This document shows, in pieces, positions 1 to 8,833 of a stretch of DNA of 64,000 nt. Where the stretch lies: IMG/VR virus record IMGVR_UViG_3300027777_000022. One strand, given 5' to 3'. Positions within the stretch are counted from its first letter, which is position 1, and every line of letters begins with the position of its first letter. Origin of the DNA: a virus (Duplodnaviria > Heunggongvirae > Uroviricota > Caudoviricetes). Both the position numbers and the translations under genes were made by a program. The notes beneath the pieces are model-generated. The model ran no database searches. It had not been told where the DNA came from and worked only from the letters and a program-made list of their open reading frames with translations.

Positions 1-149
1 GAGTAATCGGTATTTGGCACCACATCTGCATGGCGTGCAAATCTAAATTCATGTGCAGATAAGGTGGCTGCACCCATGCTGATGGCACCGGGACAACGAC
101 GGCGCATGCTATCCCGGTTTGTGTTCATGCCATATGCAAAGTAAAACAT
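1..149 (-). CDS. gamma-glutamylcyclotransferase (GGCT/AIG2-like) family protein, truncated by window edge
   Basis: Hand translation from ATG at 149: MFYFAYGMNTNRDSMRRRCPGAISMGAATLSAHEFRFARHADVV...; the N-terminal YFAYG(S/M)N is the GGCT-family signature. Not in the ORF track. Confidence 0.75.
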   Translation of the reverse strand, partial: MFYFAYGMNTNRDSMRRRCPGAISMGAATLSAHEFRFARHADVVPNTDY

Positions 150-154
150 TTAGA

Positions 155-463
155 TTATCGAATTTGTTTAATTGGAAGATGTCGCTCATTTATAACTGTA
201 GTGACAAATTCAAGCAACTGTTCAGGCGTCCATCCATTGTCCAACCATTCAGTTTCCCATTCATCCACTTTCCATAGCATGTGATTGTTCTGCGTCTTGA
301 TAATGTTCTCAAGTCGCTTGATGTGAGGACCTGGCCCTTCAAACAAGTATTTGAATTCAGCAATACCGCCCCAAGCGCCGGTGTAATCTTTTTCCCGGCG
401 TTCGGAGTCTCCAGTGATGCCAAATCCTACCCTAAAGGGACCTGGAAGAATGTAGAACTTCAT
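155..463 (-). CDS. hypothetical protein, possibly GIY-YIG/T5orf172-like
   Basis: 102 aa; FYIL...VGFGITGDSERREKDY resembles the GIT-x-D-x2-RR core of GIY-YIG-superfamily domains. Confidence 0.4.
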   Translation of the reverse strand: MKFYILPGPFRVGFGITGDSERREKDYTGAWGGIAEFKYLFEGPGPHIKRLENIIKTQNNHMLWKVDEWETEWLDNGWTPEQLLEFVTTVINERHLPIKQIR

Positions 464-471
464 TATGTAGC

Positions 472-1590
472 TTAGACAAAAAGATCTTTGATGTCATCAT
501 CAAGGAAGTCCAGAATCTTTGTAAAGCGATCCAACAAAGGTTGAGGGATCTTTTGAGTACCACCAAGTTTCTGATACGTCAACGCCAATACTGCTGCAAT
601 GGCTTCATCTTGCCAGTTTACTTTATATCCGTACGTGTAGATAGCCCAATTGGTATGAGCACGGTGTACAGCGTCATGAAACTGTGCGAGTCCTGCAAAG
701 TAACCTTGAAGAATACCTGCCAGCTCTGCCAAAAATTCGTCAGTGATCTCAATCTTTGCTGCGTTAAATGACTTGTACAAATCCTCAATCATGAACCACA
801 ACGAACCATTGATTTCGTCGTAATGAAAATAATTGTTGTGAAACTTACAAGCCATCTCAAGTATGGCATTGTCCATGTTCAATGCTTCCATGTGCGTGAA
901 CGTGCCTGGCTTGCCTACAAAATCACTTTCTTTGTCCACTGGGTAGCACTCATATTTTTCGCAGATTTGTTGTTTGAGTTCAGCAGCTACGTCATCTGGA
1001 TCTGTGCTGCCATCAATACGAACGCTCATAACTTTGGTACGGTGCTCGTACCAAAGGCTGATTTTCTTTTTACCTTTACCATTGATCAGTGCAAATGCCT
1101 TGCGAGCAAATGCTTTGTTATTGGTTTCGATGTACAGCAATGGCATTTCAACTTCGCGCCAATCTGCTTCACCAACAAACATGCCTGCATCAATAAGTGC
1201 AGCTACTAGAGTAGCAGTGTGCTGAGCATCAGTTGCATGATATTCTTCTTTGCCGGGTACTTTATTGCAATAGATTACCTGCAGGTATCGAGGATCAAAA
1301 GTTCCAATTCCGGCAATTTTTGTACAGTGCTTGGCATCAAGTTCTCGTTGAATGTCTTCATCAATGAAGATAAACTTCAGCTTGACCATCTTGATCATTG
1401 GACGCAGTTTGGGATCCAGCATAATACCTTGTTTTTTGTACTCAGCCACTAGCTTTTGCCATTGCTTGTAATTTTGCAAACTGGCAACTCGGTCAGCCAG
1501 TGCAACTACCTTGCTTTTGGTTTGCTTTAACGGATTGCGAAGTGCAAGTACATTAGGAATGCGAACTACTTCTTGATATTTGGGTAGCAT
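472..1590 (-). CDS. ParB/DGQHR-like domain protein
   Basis: 372 aa; IDEDIQRELD...FDP...YHATDAQHT matches the QR...DGQHR pattern of ParB/Srx-fold proteins; has its own sigma70 promoter. Confidence 0.5.
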   Translation of the reverse strand: MLPKYQEVVRIPNVLALRNPLKQTKSKVVALADRVASLQNYKQWQKLVAEYKKQGIMLDPKLRPMIKMVKLKFIFIDEDIQRELDAKHCTKIAGIGTFDPRYLQVIYCNKVPGKEEYHATDAQHTATLVAALIDAGMFVGEADWREVEMPLLYIETNNKAFARKAFALINGKGKKKISLWYEHRTKVMSVRIDGSTDPDDVAAELKQQICEKYECYPVDKESDFVGKPGTFTHMEALNMDNAILEMACKFHNNYFHYDEINGSLWFMIEDLYKSFNAAKIEITDEFLAELAGILQGYFAGLAQFHDAVHRAHTNWAIYTYGYKVNWQDEAIAAVLALTYQKLGGTQKIPQPLLDRFTKILDFLDDDIKDLFV

Positions 1591-1621
1591 TAGGAAAGCC
1601 TATTAGCGTTAATAAGTGTTT

Positions 1622-1650
1622 AGTATAGCAGGATTGGCTATACTGGTCAA
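1622..1650 (-). promoter_or_regulatory. sigma70-type early promoter
   Basis: TTGACC-17 nt-TATACT on the minus strand, upstream of 472..1590. Confidence 0.8.
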
Positions 1651-1659
1651 CCAAAATTG

Positions 1660-1677
1660 TGTTGTGTTTTCACAACA
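1660..1677. promoter_or_regulatory. palindromic box TGTTG-N8-CAACA
   Basis: tgttg tgttttca caaca, 9 nt upstream of the -35 hexamer; motif recurs at 8816, 39521, 40278 and 40323. Confidence 0.7.
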
Positions 1678-1681
1678 ATGG

Positions 1682-2038
1682 TCAAATAATTGCTATTTTT
1701 TCGTTGTGAGTTCTGCGATCACTGTGGATCTTCTCACCGCGAGCACGGATCAGATCAGCTGCCGATTGCGGATCTGTCTTGAACATTTCAACAATATCTT
1801 CTTGAGAGATATTACCATCCACACCAATAGCGTAGATTTCATAATACCGTTGTGGGTTGAATCGAGCCCGCAGCTTCCAATGTTCAATGTCGAAATCTTC
1901 TCGGGGCACAGGCTTGTTACCTAATATTGCCCAGGCTTGCATGGCGGGATCAACAATCTCTCCAATGGATTCTAGTCCGTGGCAATCCCACATCACAGCA
2001 AACGCTCGCATGCGCGGCGCTTCATCGTCTTGGTTCAT
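1682..2038 (-). CDS. hypothetical phage protein
   Basis: 118 aa ORF in a tightly coupled minus-strand gene run (ATGA overlaps). Confidence 0.7.
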   Translation of the reverse strand: MNQDDEAPRMRAFAVMWDCHGLESIGEIVDPAMQAWAILGNKPVPREDFDIEHWKLRARFNPQRYYEIYAIGVDGNISQEDIVEMFKTDPQSAADLIRARGEKIHSDRRTHNEKIAII

Positions 2039-2256
2039 AGTTGAAATTGTTTTAGCAGTTGGTTGGCTGTGTCAAAGTTTTTGACATCAAGATCCATGGT
2101 CTCATATGACAACACTCTCATGAGAGTGTCAGCTTGCATTTGGTCTCGATCCTCAAGAGTTTCGTACCAAGAAAGAAATTCATCATGTGTGGAACAGTTC
2201 CAAATTTTATCCAGCATGTTGCACTGTGCCTGTGTGAGATTGTGAATTTTTATCAT
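2035..2256 (-). CDS. hypothetical phage protein
   Basis: 73 aa, 4-nt overlaps with both neighbours. Confidence 0.7.
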   Translation of the reverse strand: MIKIHNLTQAQCNMLDKIWNCSTHDEFLSWYETLEDRDQMQADTLMRVLSYETMDLDVKNFDTANQLLKQFQL

Positions 2257-2441
2257 CGTGGTTCCTGCACTGGTACTGCGTACATGCCATTATCAGTCCA
2301 GGGATAAGATAGTAGTTGCACTGGCTTCCACCAACGAGCAAACATGTTGTTGATCAGTACCACGACTCCTGCCGCAGTCACACAGGTAAATCCAATCAGG
2401 ATTGTTCCTACAAAAATACTGGCTGCTTTTTCCACGTCCAT
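2253..2441 (-). CDS. small membrane protein
   Basis: 62 aa with one hydrophobic segment (IFVGTILIGFTCVTAAGVVVLI). Confidence 0.65.
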   Translation of the reverse strand: MDVEKAASIFVGTILIGFTCVTAAGVVVLINNMFARWWKPVQLLSYPWTDNGMYAVPVQEPR

Positions 2442-2444
2442 GAG

Positions 2445-2726
2445 TTATTCCTCTTTGTTGATTAATCCGTTACTGCGTCGATCTGATGTGTTGTCCACAT
2501 CCTGATCAAATCTTTTTTCTTGGATGGTAGGTTCGCCAAATACTTTCTCTCTAGAGCAGAGTAAACATTTAGGATTGCCACAATCCAATGCATGATGTTT
2601 GGCAAACTTGTGAGGAGTCTTTACTGGCACTCCAAACGTTTTGGCAATCTTGGTTTGCTTTTTCACAGCATTCTCATCTTTTTGAATGCGCTTGTTCTTT
2701 TTGATTCGGTCTTGTTCTGTACTCAT
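2445..2726 (-). CDS. basic hypothetical protein with C-x4-C-x2-C motif
   Basis: HHALDCGNPKCLLC; start placed at the ATGA overlap with the upstream gene. Confidence 0.65.
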   Translation of the reverse strand: MSTEQDRIKKNKRIQKDENAVKKQTKIAKTFGVPVKTPHKFAKHHALDCGNPKCLLCSREKVFGEPTIQEKRFDQDVDNTSDRRSNGLINKEE

Positions 2727-2959
2727 TGCCACTTCAGTAAAAATGCGAAATAATCTCGTTCGCTATCAAAATAAAAAATATATCTACCTGGTTGTTGATG
2801 GCTGCTCATCTCTACCAGTTGCCAACGCCAATCATGTACCAGTTCATCTTTGCACCAGGAGATCACCTGATCCAGTATTCCCAATTTCTTTTTGAGTTCA
2901 TGTGAATATTGAAAACTTGTCTGGTCTCGTATGGCAACATAATGATCTAAAATTTGCAT
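2723..2959 (-). CDS. hypothetical phage protein
   Basis: 78 aa; ends YIFYFDSERDYFAFLLKW, similar in pattern to the C-termini of 2982..3173, 30545..30781 and 33546..33875. Confidence 0.65.
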   Translation of the reverse strand: MQILDHYVAIRDQTSFQYSHELKKKLGILDQVISWCKDELVHDWRWQLVEMSSHQQPGRYIFYFDSERDYFAFLLKWQ

Positions 2960-2981
2960 GTATTATGTATGCACTTGTGTG

Positions 2982-3173
2982 CTACCTCAGGCACTTTAAA
3001 GTATAAAAGGTTGTCATTGCTTGCTCTCGAAACATCAGCACTACAGATTTGGGATTGGGAATATATTTCCACTCAAAATCTACACCTTGCACCAGTCCAT
3101 CAGCTTTGAGTTGATAGCATATTTCTATACCACGCACAGCACCAGTATTCTCAAACACAGTTTCATACCACAT
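2982..3173 (-). CDS. hypothetical phage protein
   Basis: 63 aa ORF collinear with neighbours. Confidence 0.6.
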   Translation of the reverse strand: MWYETVFENTGAVRGIEICYQLKADGLVQGVDFEWKYIPNPKSVVLMFREQAMTTFYTLKCLR

Positions 3174-3396
3174 AAGACTCTCGTATGTACTTTTCTATGT
3201 CATCTGTATGGTTGTCGAATAGCTGCAACACAGCATCGTATATCTCAAAATATTGGCAAAAACTTGCACCATACTTGATGCCTTTCAAAGCATCCCAGGT
3301 ATAGAGCTTTTGCCAATGTTCAAAGTCTGATTGTGAAATTTTGAGATCTCTGGCGTTGAACCGAGCACTCAGTTGGTCTACCATGTTTTTAAACAT
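3163..3396 (-). CDS. hypothetical phage protein
   Basis: 77 aa ORF overlapping neighbours by a few nt. Confidence 0.65.
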   Translation of the reverse strand: MFKNMVDQLSARFNARDLKISQSDFEHWQKLYTWDALKGIKYGASFCQYFEIYDAVLQLFDNHTDDIEKYIRESYVV

Positions 3397-4165
3397 ACTT
3401 GCTCAATCTAAAAGTTTCCAATAAGATGTAATACTGATCTTCCTCACCATAGAATGGTTTCCAAGCAGCATTATGGCCAGAGAGTGATATGCTACCCCAA
3501 TCAAACAAACTGTCCATCACACCATGCAAACTGTTTTTGTGGTTGACTGCAAACATAACTGGCCAGTTCTGATGATCTCGAAACCAAAACTGTGTGACAT
3601 TGTTTGATCGACGATACTGAGGTATGCGTTCTACACTGTGTAACTTCCAAGGAGCATCATATTCATATGGACTGCTCTTTTGAGCCTGTGTTATGGGAGT
3701 TGTCAATTTCATCACTGTGGCCACGGCTTGGTCTTCATGATAAAAATATGGCAAGCGATACAGCATGCCTACTTCACCTTTGGTCAACTCATGATTGCCC
3801 ACCAGAAACGCACCCAGCTTGGATCGCCAGTCGGATACTGGTCGACCACGCAGTCGTGCCATGACCAACTGATCCAAGAAGTGCTTTCTCACAGCAGCAC
3901 CCATCACACGGTCTTGTTCAGTGATGTCTTTGATATCTTCAAGATCTGTCCATAACCCACCGCCAGCATTGCCAATTCGCCAGCTGGCACAACTCAACAC
4001 CACTGGATCGTCATGAAACTTTAGTTTAGGGCTGTTGGTGTACGGGTCAGGCAGCACCCATAACACTGGATCTATATCAGCACTGATATTTGTGTCAACA
4101 GTAATATTTGTGTCGACAGTAATATTTGTGTCAACAGTGGTACTTGCGTCGAGACTGTGATTCAT
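3389..4165 (-). CDS. hypothetical protein with N-terminal TVDTNI repeats
   Basis: Start moved to ATG 4165 (MNHSLDASTTVDTNITVDTNITVDTNIS), just after the stop of 4167..4814. Confidence 0.7.
   Translation of the reverse strand: MNHSLDASTTVDTNITVDTNITVDTNISADIDPVLWVLPDPYTNSPKLKFHDDPVVLSCASWRIGNAGGGLWTDLEDIKDITEQDRVMGAAVRKHFLDQLVMARLRGRPVSDWRSKLGAFLVGNHELTKGEVGMLYRLPYFYHEDQAVATVMKLTTPITQAQKSSPYEYDAPWKLHSVERIPQYRRSNNVTQFWFRDHQNWPVMFAVNHKNSLHGVMDSLFDWGSISLSGHNAAWKPFYGEEDQYYILLETFRLSKYV
4086..4138. repeat. 18-bp in-frame tandem repeat x3
   Basis: atatttgtgtc(a/g)acagta three times, encoding TVDTNI. Confidence 0.9.
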
Positions 4166-4166
4166 A

Positions 4167-4814
4167 TCAATCCCAAAGGCCTTCGTAGTATTTTCCAAAC
4201 AGTCGGAATCCATTGGCGTTGCGTTTGTGATGTGCAGACAGTGCATCATAGTCGCATTTGTATGTGTCAAGTGGGCCGTTTTCGAATGTGTACAGTGTGG
4301 GCTTGCCGTCTGCATCCCAGGCGCAAGGAACACTCTTTATGTCATGTTCGCCTGAACGATACTGGTCTTCCCAACTGTCATCTACCTTGCACTCAAATGC
4401 CTGGATCATTTCATCCATGACCCAATCCCAACGACGGAAGTGGTTGTCATCGGTGTCCCATTCGTTTTCTTTTGCAGGGGCACTGGTACTACGCAGTTCT
4501 TCGGGCACATCTTCGTCGTCCACCAAGGGAGAACCGTGTTTGTCCTTCTTCAACTGTTTGAGCATGGGCAAAATAATGTGTGCCAGGGTATGATCCATGC
4601 TCCAGGTGTCATAGTGATCAATCTTCACGTACTCAATTTTGGGATGCACAAAGTCCAAGAACTTTTGTGCAGCCACACACAGTGGATTCAATCGATTGCT
4701 CCAGCGTTCAATCACAGGCTCGTCGTAGTCGATCTCACGCCAGAAGAACACTTTTTCCAGAATGGTATAGGGACTGAGCCAGTGATTGCGATAACCAGAT
4801 AGATATACTTTCAT
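4167..4814 (-). CDS. hypothetical phage protein
   Basis: 215 aa; DTWSMDHTLAHIILPMLKQLK...RWDWVMDEMI...GFRLFGKYYEGLWD, a pattern recalled from T4-like phage hypotheticals. Confidence 0.75.
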   Translation of the reverse strand: MKVYLSGYRNHWLSPYTILEKVFFWREIDYDEPVIERWSNRLNPLCVAAQKFLDFVHPKIEYVKIDHYDTWSMDHTLAHIILPMLKQLKKDKHGSPLVDDEDVPEELRSTSAPAKENEWDTDDNHFRRWDWVMDEMIQAFECKVDDSWEDQYRSGEHDIKSVPCAWDADGKPTLYTFENGPLDTYKCDYDALSAHHKRNANGFRLFGKYYEGLWD

Positions 4815-5008
4815 TTTTTACTTTCGTTGTCTACTTTTTTTATCTCCCAGGTGCCGTCACCACGGTCCACCCACTCCAAGTTGTCGCCGGGATTCCAGCC
4901 CACTTCATCCAGCATGCCCTGCGGAAATGGCAGCACAAGGTCACCACTTCCGTCATCGGCTTCTTCAAGGTTCACGGTCCATGTTTTGCGATTTTGTTCA
5001 GTCATCAT
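4811..5008 (-). CDS. AbrB/MazE/SpoVT-like DNA-binding protein
   Basis: LVLPFPQGMLDEVGWNPGDNLEW matches the swapped-hairpin AbrB pattern. Confidence 0.7.
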   Translation of the reverse strand: MMTEQNRKTWTVNLEEADDGSGDLVLPFPQGMLDEVGWNPGDNLEWVDRGDGTWEIKKVDNESKK

Positions 5009-5166
5009 TTGCTCCTAATATGATCAAGCACTTGCTGAGATTCACTGAAGTCGCTGAGTTCCAGTAGGAATTCCTCCAACTGTTCCTGTAGTCCACGGAT
5101 GGCAGTGTCCACCGGATACGGCTGCGACCAACGCACTGTGTATGATACTAGTTTTTCATCTCGCAT
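5005..5166 (-). CDS. small hypothetical protein
   Basis: MRDEKLVSYTVRWSQPYP..., fills the gap between coupled genes. Confidence 0.55.
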   Translation of the reverse strand: MRDEKLVSYTVRWSQPYPVDTAIRGLQEQLEEFLLELSDFSESQQVLDHIRSK

Positions 5167-5167
5167 G

Positions 5168-6061
5168 TTATACCTCAAAAGTTTGCAATTGCCAATCCGC
5201 AGCTTGTTGTTCGTATCCATGGTATCCACGTGGGTTGCAGACCACGCGGCATGAACCAATCATGTAGTCAAACTCGTGATGAGTGTGCCCATGTGTCCAC
5301 ATCTTGATCTGCGGATGATCCAACATCAACTCGCTCAAGTCTGAACTGTACGCACCATTCATCATGACATCATCTTGATACTGCGGCTTGGTACTCAGCT
5401 TGCTGGGAGAATGATGTCCTACTACCACAAACTTACCTTCAGGGTTCTCCGCTACTGCTGCACGAATAACTTCTAGCATGGCCTTGTGATCTTCTACAGA
5501 ATCCTCTGGACTGAACTTGGCATCACGCTCGTGAAACGTCACAATGTCCTTGCTGACATCATCGGGATGTTCGGGATTGGGCTGATAACCTTTGTAGGTG
5601 ACTTTTCGCAGGCTGTTCCTGATACAGCGGTAATCATTCATCATGCCAGTCACATGGTACAAGGTCTCCGGATCTTCTCGGTTCATGTCAGTCCACAATG
5701 TACCGCACACAAACGTGGTGTCGCCCAGTGTGATAGTTTGTTTTTCCAGCACATGCAGATTTTTCAAGTATGACAGCTTGTTGCGGATGTGCTGCACAGT
5801 GGTACCGTAGTCACCGTGGTAATGTTCATGATTACCTAGGATGTAAATCACGTCCTTGAACTCAGCTGCACAGCGTTCAAAGAACTCATGATATCTATGG
5901 CTCTTGGTATGTTCGCCCAGGAGATTGTGTACATCACGGTCAGATAAATCACGTGCCACGCAGATGTCTCCGCTGAGAATTAGAACGTCGGCATGATCAG
6001 TGTTGTGAAGTTCTAGTGGTCCAAATTCCAGGTGTACGTCAGATGCTAGTGCGATTTTCAT
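5168..6061 (-). CDS. calcineurin-like metallophosphoesterase
   Basis: Motifs SDVHLE, SGDI, GNHE, GHH, HGHTH. Confidence 0.9.
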   Translation of the reverse strand: MKIALASDVHLEFGPLELHNTDHADVLILSGDICVARDLSDRDVHNLLGEHTKSHRYHEFFERCAAEFKDVIYILGNHEHYHGDYGTTVQHIRNKLSYLKNLHVLEKQTITLGDTTFVCGTLWTDMNREDPETLYHVTGMMNDYRCIRNSLRKVTYKGYQPNPEHPDDVSKDIVTFHERDAKFSPEDSVEDHKAMLEVIRAAVAENPEGKFVVVGHHSPSKLSTKPQYQDDVMMNGAYSSDLSELMLDHPQIKMWTHGHTHHEFDYMIGSCRVVCNPRGYHGYEQQAADWQLQTFEV

Positions 6062-6407
6062 GTAATACTTCCAGTTGTTGTTTCAATGTGTGCAGTGCGG
6101 CAGGATCACCTTTGGCCACTGCTGCGTCCTTGTTAGGGTACCGTTGCCGGAATTGATCACGAATTTCTTCAATGTTTCGTCCAGTACACACAAATTCCTT
6201 TGTAAAGTAATTATAACACAGAAATTGGTCATTTACCGGTTCTACTTCTAAAATAACCAGAGTTTCGTCGGCCAATTTTGCCAAAGTGTCTTGTGCTTCT
6301 GGAGAAATTGCCAATGCTTGATTTACTGTTTGCACAGCCCGAATCAAAGAAACCATTACCCATCCAATCACAATGCCTATCACAACAGAAACCAAAAAGT
6401 CTAACAT
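6039..6407 (-). CDS. membrane-anchored hypothetical protein
   Basis: N-terminal hydrophobic helix, 122 aa. Confidence 0.65.
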   Translation of the reverse strand: MLDFLVSVVIGIVIGWVMVSLIRAVQTVNQALAISPEAQDTLAKLADETLVILEVEPVNDQFLCYNYFTKEFVCTGRNIEEIRDQFRQRYPNKDAAVAKGDPAALHTLKQQLEVLHENRTSI

Positions 6408-6414
6408 ACAGTAA

Positions 6415-6744
6415 TTACCCCTGACGAATTGATTCCATGGTGATCATCTTGCCCAACTCACGCTCAAAGTCCAAGTCATCCGGAATAACATAGTGACGGT
6501 ATTGAGTGTCATCCTTGCGTCGATCGTAGTGACGGAATGTGATGATCTTGCCGCCGATGGCTGGCATCACTGTGATATTCAACCCTGTGTGGCCATCGAT
6601 GTTGTCACTGTTTGATCGAACTATTGGGCCCCGAGTTAAGGCATTGCTCAACGCGATTTTCTCATCCCGGTTGCGCATGCTAGCGCCCACATTGTCCCAA
6701 TCTTCCCGCACCCAACGAGTGATCATGCGTTTAAACCATTTCAT
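6415..6744 (-). CDS. hypothetical phage protein
   Basis: Start at MKWFKR (ATGA overlap with 6741..7193). Confidence 0.65.
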   Translation of the reverse strand: MKWFKRMITRWVREDWDNVGASMRNRDEKIALSNALTRGPIVRSNSDNIDGHTGLNITVMPAIGGKIITFRHYDRRKDDTQYRHYVIPDDLDFERELGKMITMESIRQG

Positions 6745-7193
6745 ACTGCTTTCCTTTGTTTCAAATATTGTTCCCACTGCACCCATTTGTTCTTGACCAA
6801 GAAACCCCAATCACGCTGTTTGATACCGGGCATGAACAATGTCCAGCACGTGACGGCAGGATCCAGTTCAATCCTGTGATAGGTGTTTGCACCAGCAGTA
6901 CGGAAACTGCCCGCACCATACCATGCACACTTCTCTGCAATCTTATTTCCACAGTTGTCAAATATAGGTGTCCACTCCCAATAGCCACCACGCAGGATCA
7001 GAGTGGCAAACGGCCATGGATGGTCATGCACATCGTCAGGATCGCTTTTCAAAAACTTGTGTACAAAGATGTTGAATGGAAACCACGAGCGGTCTTTGAG
7101 AAACACATAATAGCGTTCCAGATACGGCTCGTTGTCTACTCGATCGTTGATAACTCGATACCGACCTAGCTTTTGAAAAATTTTCTTAATCAT
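6741..7193 (-). CDS. cupin-fold protein
   Basis: H...SDPDDVHDHPW...ILRGGYWE...YHRI metal-binding cupin pattern. Confidence 0.7.
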   Translation of the reverse strand: MIKKIFQKLGRYRVINDRVDNEPYLERYYVFLKDRSWFPFNIFVHKFLKSDPDDVHDHPWPFATLILRGGYWEWTPIFDNCGNKIAEKCAWYGAGSFRTAGANTYHRIELDPAVTCWTLFMPGIKQRDWGFLVKNKWVQWEQYLKQRKAV

Positions 7194-7215
7194 TGATCAA
7201 TTCCTTTACACAGCA

Positions 7216-7244
7216 ATTATACATGAACTTGAATTGGTGGTCAA
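7216..7244 (-). promoter_or_regulatory. sigma70-type early promoter
   Basis: TTGACC-17 nt-TATAAT. Confidence 0.85.
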
Positions 7245-7245
7245 G

Positions 7246-7272
7246 AAAAACCCTGCACCAGGCAGGGTTTTT
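7246..7272. terminator. intrinsic terminator (bidirectional form)
   Basis: aaaaaccctgc-accag-gcagggttttt; near-identical copy at 40297-40323. Confidence 0.8.
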
Positions 7273-7294
7273 GTGTGCAACCTATCGGATTGGA

Positions 7295-7561
7295 TCAGAC
7301 CAAACCAAGTGCCATGGCCTTGTAACCGGCTGCAATCAATGCACGGCTGGGCTTGCCAATACGGTATTCGGTAACTGCCACATTGTTGCCTGAGGTACGA
7401 CGGTTTGCATACACAGCATATCCTGCCTGACGGATACGTGACACATCAGCACTCATGTTCTTGATGCCAAATCGCTTTTCAGCTTGGCTTGGGCTCACGC
7501 TTTCGCCAGCTTGAAGCGCAGTGAACAATTTGTGTGTCTTGGTGTTTTCGCTAATACGCAT
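7295..7561 (-). CDS. winged helix-turn-helix DNA-binding protein
   Basis: LFTALQAGESVSPSQAEKRFGIKNMSADVSRIRQAGYAV, HTH followed by a wing. Confidence 0.65.
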   Translation of the reverse strand: MRISENTKTHKLFTALQAGESVSPSQAEKRFGIKNMSADVSRIRQAGYAVYANRRTSGNNVAVTEYRIGKPSRALIAAGYKAMALGLV

Positions 7562-7605
7562 GTTTTTAATCTCCTATAAAGTTGCTGTTGCCACAGCATG
7601 ATTGT

Positions 7606-7634
7606 AGTATAAGAGATATTTTGATTTACTGCAA
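7606..7634 (-). promoter_or_regulatory. sigma70-type promoter
   Basis: TTGCAG-17 nt-TATACT upstream of the HTH gene. Confidence 0.55.
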
Positions 7635-7704
7635 TACTGTTTGGCAATGAGTTTTGCCAAAATATCTAAAAATAAACGGCGCACATGAACAACTAAGTGA
7701 TTGG

Positions 7705-8052
7705 TTATTTCACGCTCTTCACGTGCTTGCAATCACCACGGAATCGAAATCCTGAGCAAGTGCAACTGAGTTGACCACGCACTTCTGTGACTTTGTAAAC
7801 ATCACCCTTGCTGCCCGCAACTTCCCACACACGGCCTTCGGGCGGTTCCACTGCAATTTCTGTGTTGAACTGCACGGCATTGACTTTGAACTTGCGGCCA
7901 CGCACATCGATGCGTATGGGTGCTTTGAACACAGTTGGTTGGTCAGAGCCTGTGGGCACATAAGCAAACATCTTGCTTTTGGCGTCATCCAGGAGATACA
8001 CATGGTTGGGCGCAGCGCCTTTCCATTCAGTGACTTCAGCAAACCATTTCAT
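7705..8052 (-). CDS. SWIM zinc-finger protein
   Basis: C-terminal CTCSGFRFRGDCKH (CxC-xn-CxH). Confidence 0.8.
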   Translation of the reverse strand: MKWFAEVTEWKGAAPNHVYLLDDAKSKMFAYVPTGSDQPTVFKAPIRIDVRGRKFKVNAVQFNTEIAVEPPEGRVWEVAGSKGDVYKVTEVRGQLSCTCSGFRFRGDCKHVKSVK

Positions 8053-8061
8053 TGTTGTTCC

Positions 8062-8229
8062 TTAGCTCGGTCGACGAGCACCACGTCGATATTGATATTC
8101 ACGCTTGAGCCACCATTTGTATCGACCAAAGTATTCAGCAAGTGTGTAACGAGGCTGGCCGTATCCTTCCAGCTCTTCACAGTTCTCGCGCCATAACTCA
8201 GTCAACCAATTGCGGAATGACTGATTCAT
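8062..8229 (-). CDS. small hypothetical protein
   Basis: MNQSFRNWLTELWRENCEE...YKWWLKREY; start placed after the stop of 8231..8449. Confidence 0.6.
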   Translation of the reverse strand: MNQSFRNWLTELWRENCEELEGYGQPRYTLAEYFGRYKWWLKREYQYRRGARRPS

Positions 8230-8230
8230 A

Positions 8231-8449
8231 TCAATCTTTCTTGGTAGTGATAGAAGTTTTGAACAAGAGATTGAACAGGAACTGTAGTCCCCAGGCCTGG
8301 AGCCAACCAATCTCTTGAACACCGTCAATGGCACCAACCAAGCAACCGTTCCACAGCATCATCACAGGCCAGGATAGCACAAAGGATAAGAACAGTAGGG
8401 TGGCGATGCCTGCCAGGATGGCGCCCAGTGCTAGGATAACTGCTTTCAT
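8231..8449 (-). CDS. small membrane protein
   Basis: Two hydrophobic segments; PVMMLWN...IGWLQAWGL. Confidence 0.7.
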   Translation of the reverse strand: MKAVILALGAILAGIATLLFLSFVLSWPVMMLWNGCLVGAIDGVQEIGWLQAWGLQFLFNLLFKTSITTKKD

Positions 8450-8474
8450 GATATTTTCCTCAGAGTTTAAAGAA

Positions 8475-8747
8475 TTAAGCGGCAGTCAACATACCGGCTG
8501 GTACTTTCCACAAGCCTTGCGCAGTCTTCACTGTCACGTACTTGATGGCTATTTTCTGCACGATGCCTGTGACACCACGACCCAGCTTGGTACTGTCAAA
8601 CGACACCTGGTCTCCCAACTTCAAGGAGCGTTTGGTTCGCTCCGACAGTCGAGCACGAGCATATTTCACAGCATCCACAATGCTGGTCAGTTGATCGTTG
8701 GTAAAGTTGCCTTGCAGGATTGCGGTGTTGATTGCTTTGATATCCAT
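8475..8747 (-). CDS. hypothetical early protein (SH3/KOW-like C-terminus)
   Basis: LKLGDQVSF...GIVQKIAIKYVTV...WKVPAGML; AGGAG SD and own promoter; ends LTAA. Confidence 0.7.
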   Translation of the reverse strand: MDIKAINTAILQGNFTNDQLTSIVDAVKYARARLSERTKRSLKLGDQVSFDSTKLGRGVTGIVQKIAIKYVTVKTAQGLWKVPAGMLTAA

Positions 8748-8777
8748 TTAGAACTCCTTTTTGCTGCGTATGTGTAT

Positions 8778-8833
8778 ATTATAGTGGATTTTGGCTTTTT
8801 GGTCAATCAAAAAGTTGTGGTTTTTTTACAACA
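8778..8833 (-). promoter_or_regulatory. sigma70 promoter plus TGTGG-N8-CAACA box
   Basis: TTGACC(8801-8806)-17-TATAAT(8778-8783); palindrome at 8816-8833, 9 nt upstream of -35. Confidence 0.85.

Noticed and set aside
1660-1677. Palindrome as a LexA SOS box
   Set aside because: The beta/gammaproteobacterial LexA box is CTGT-N8-ACAG; these are TGT-N12-ACA with different spacing.
4086-4138. Repeat as a CRISPR array
   Set aside because: Units are contiguous with no spacers and are in frame within a CDS. The nuclease at 50424..51140 is a typical stand-alone phage PD-(D/E)XK exonuclease with no cas genes nearby.
3389-4333. Long N-terminal extensions in the ORF track (also 16636, 17990, 20928, 39500, 40038, 51230, 53719)
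   Set aside because: They overlap neighbouring genes or promoters; downstream starts with SD, TAAATA or stop-start coupling are better supported.
4811-5166. AbrB/MazE-like gene as part of a toxin-antitoxin pair
   Set aside because: Neither neighbour shows PIN, MazF, RelE or Doc motifs.
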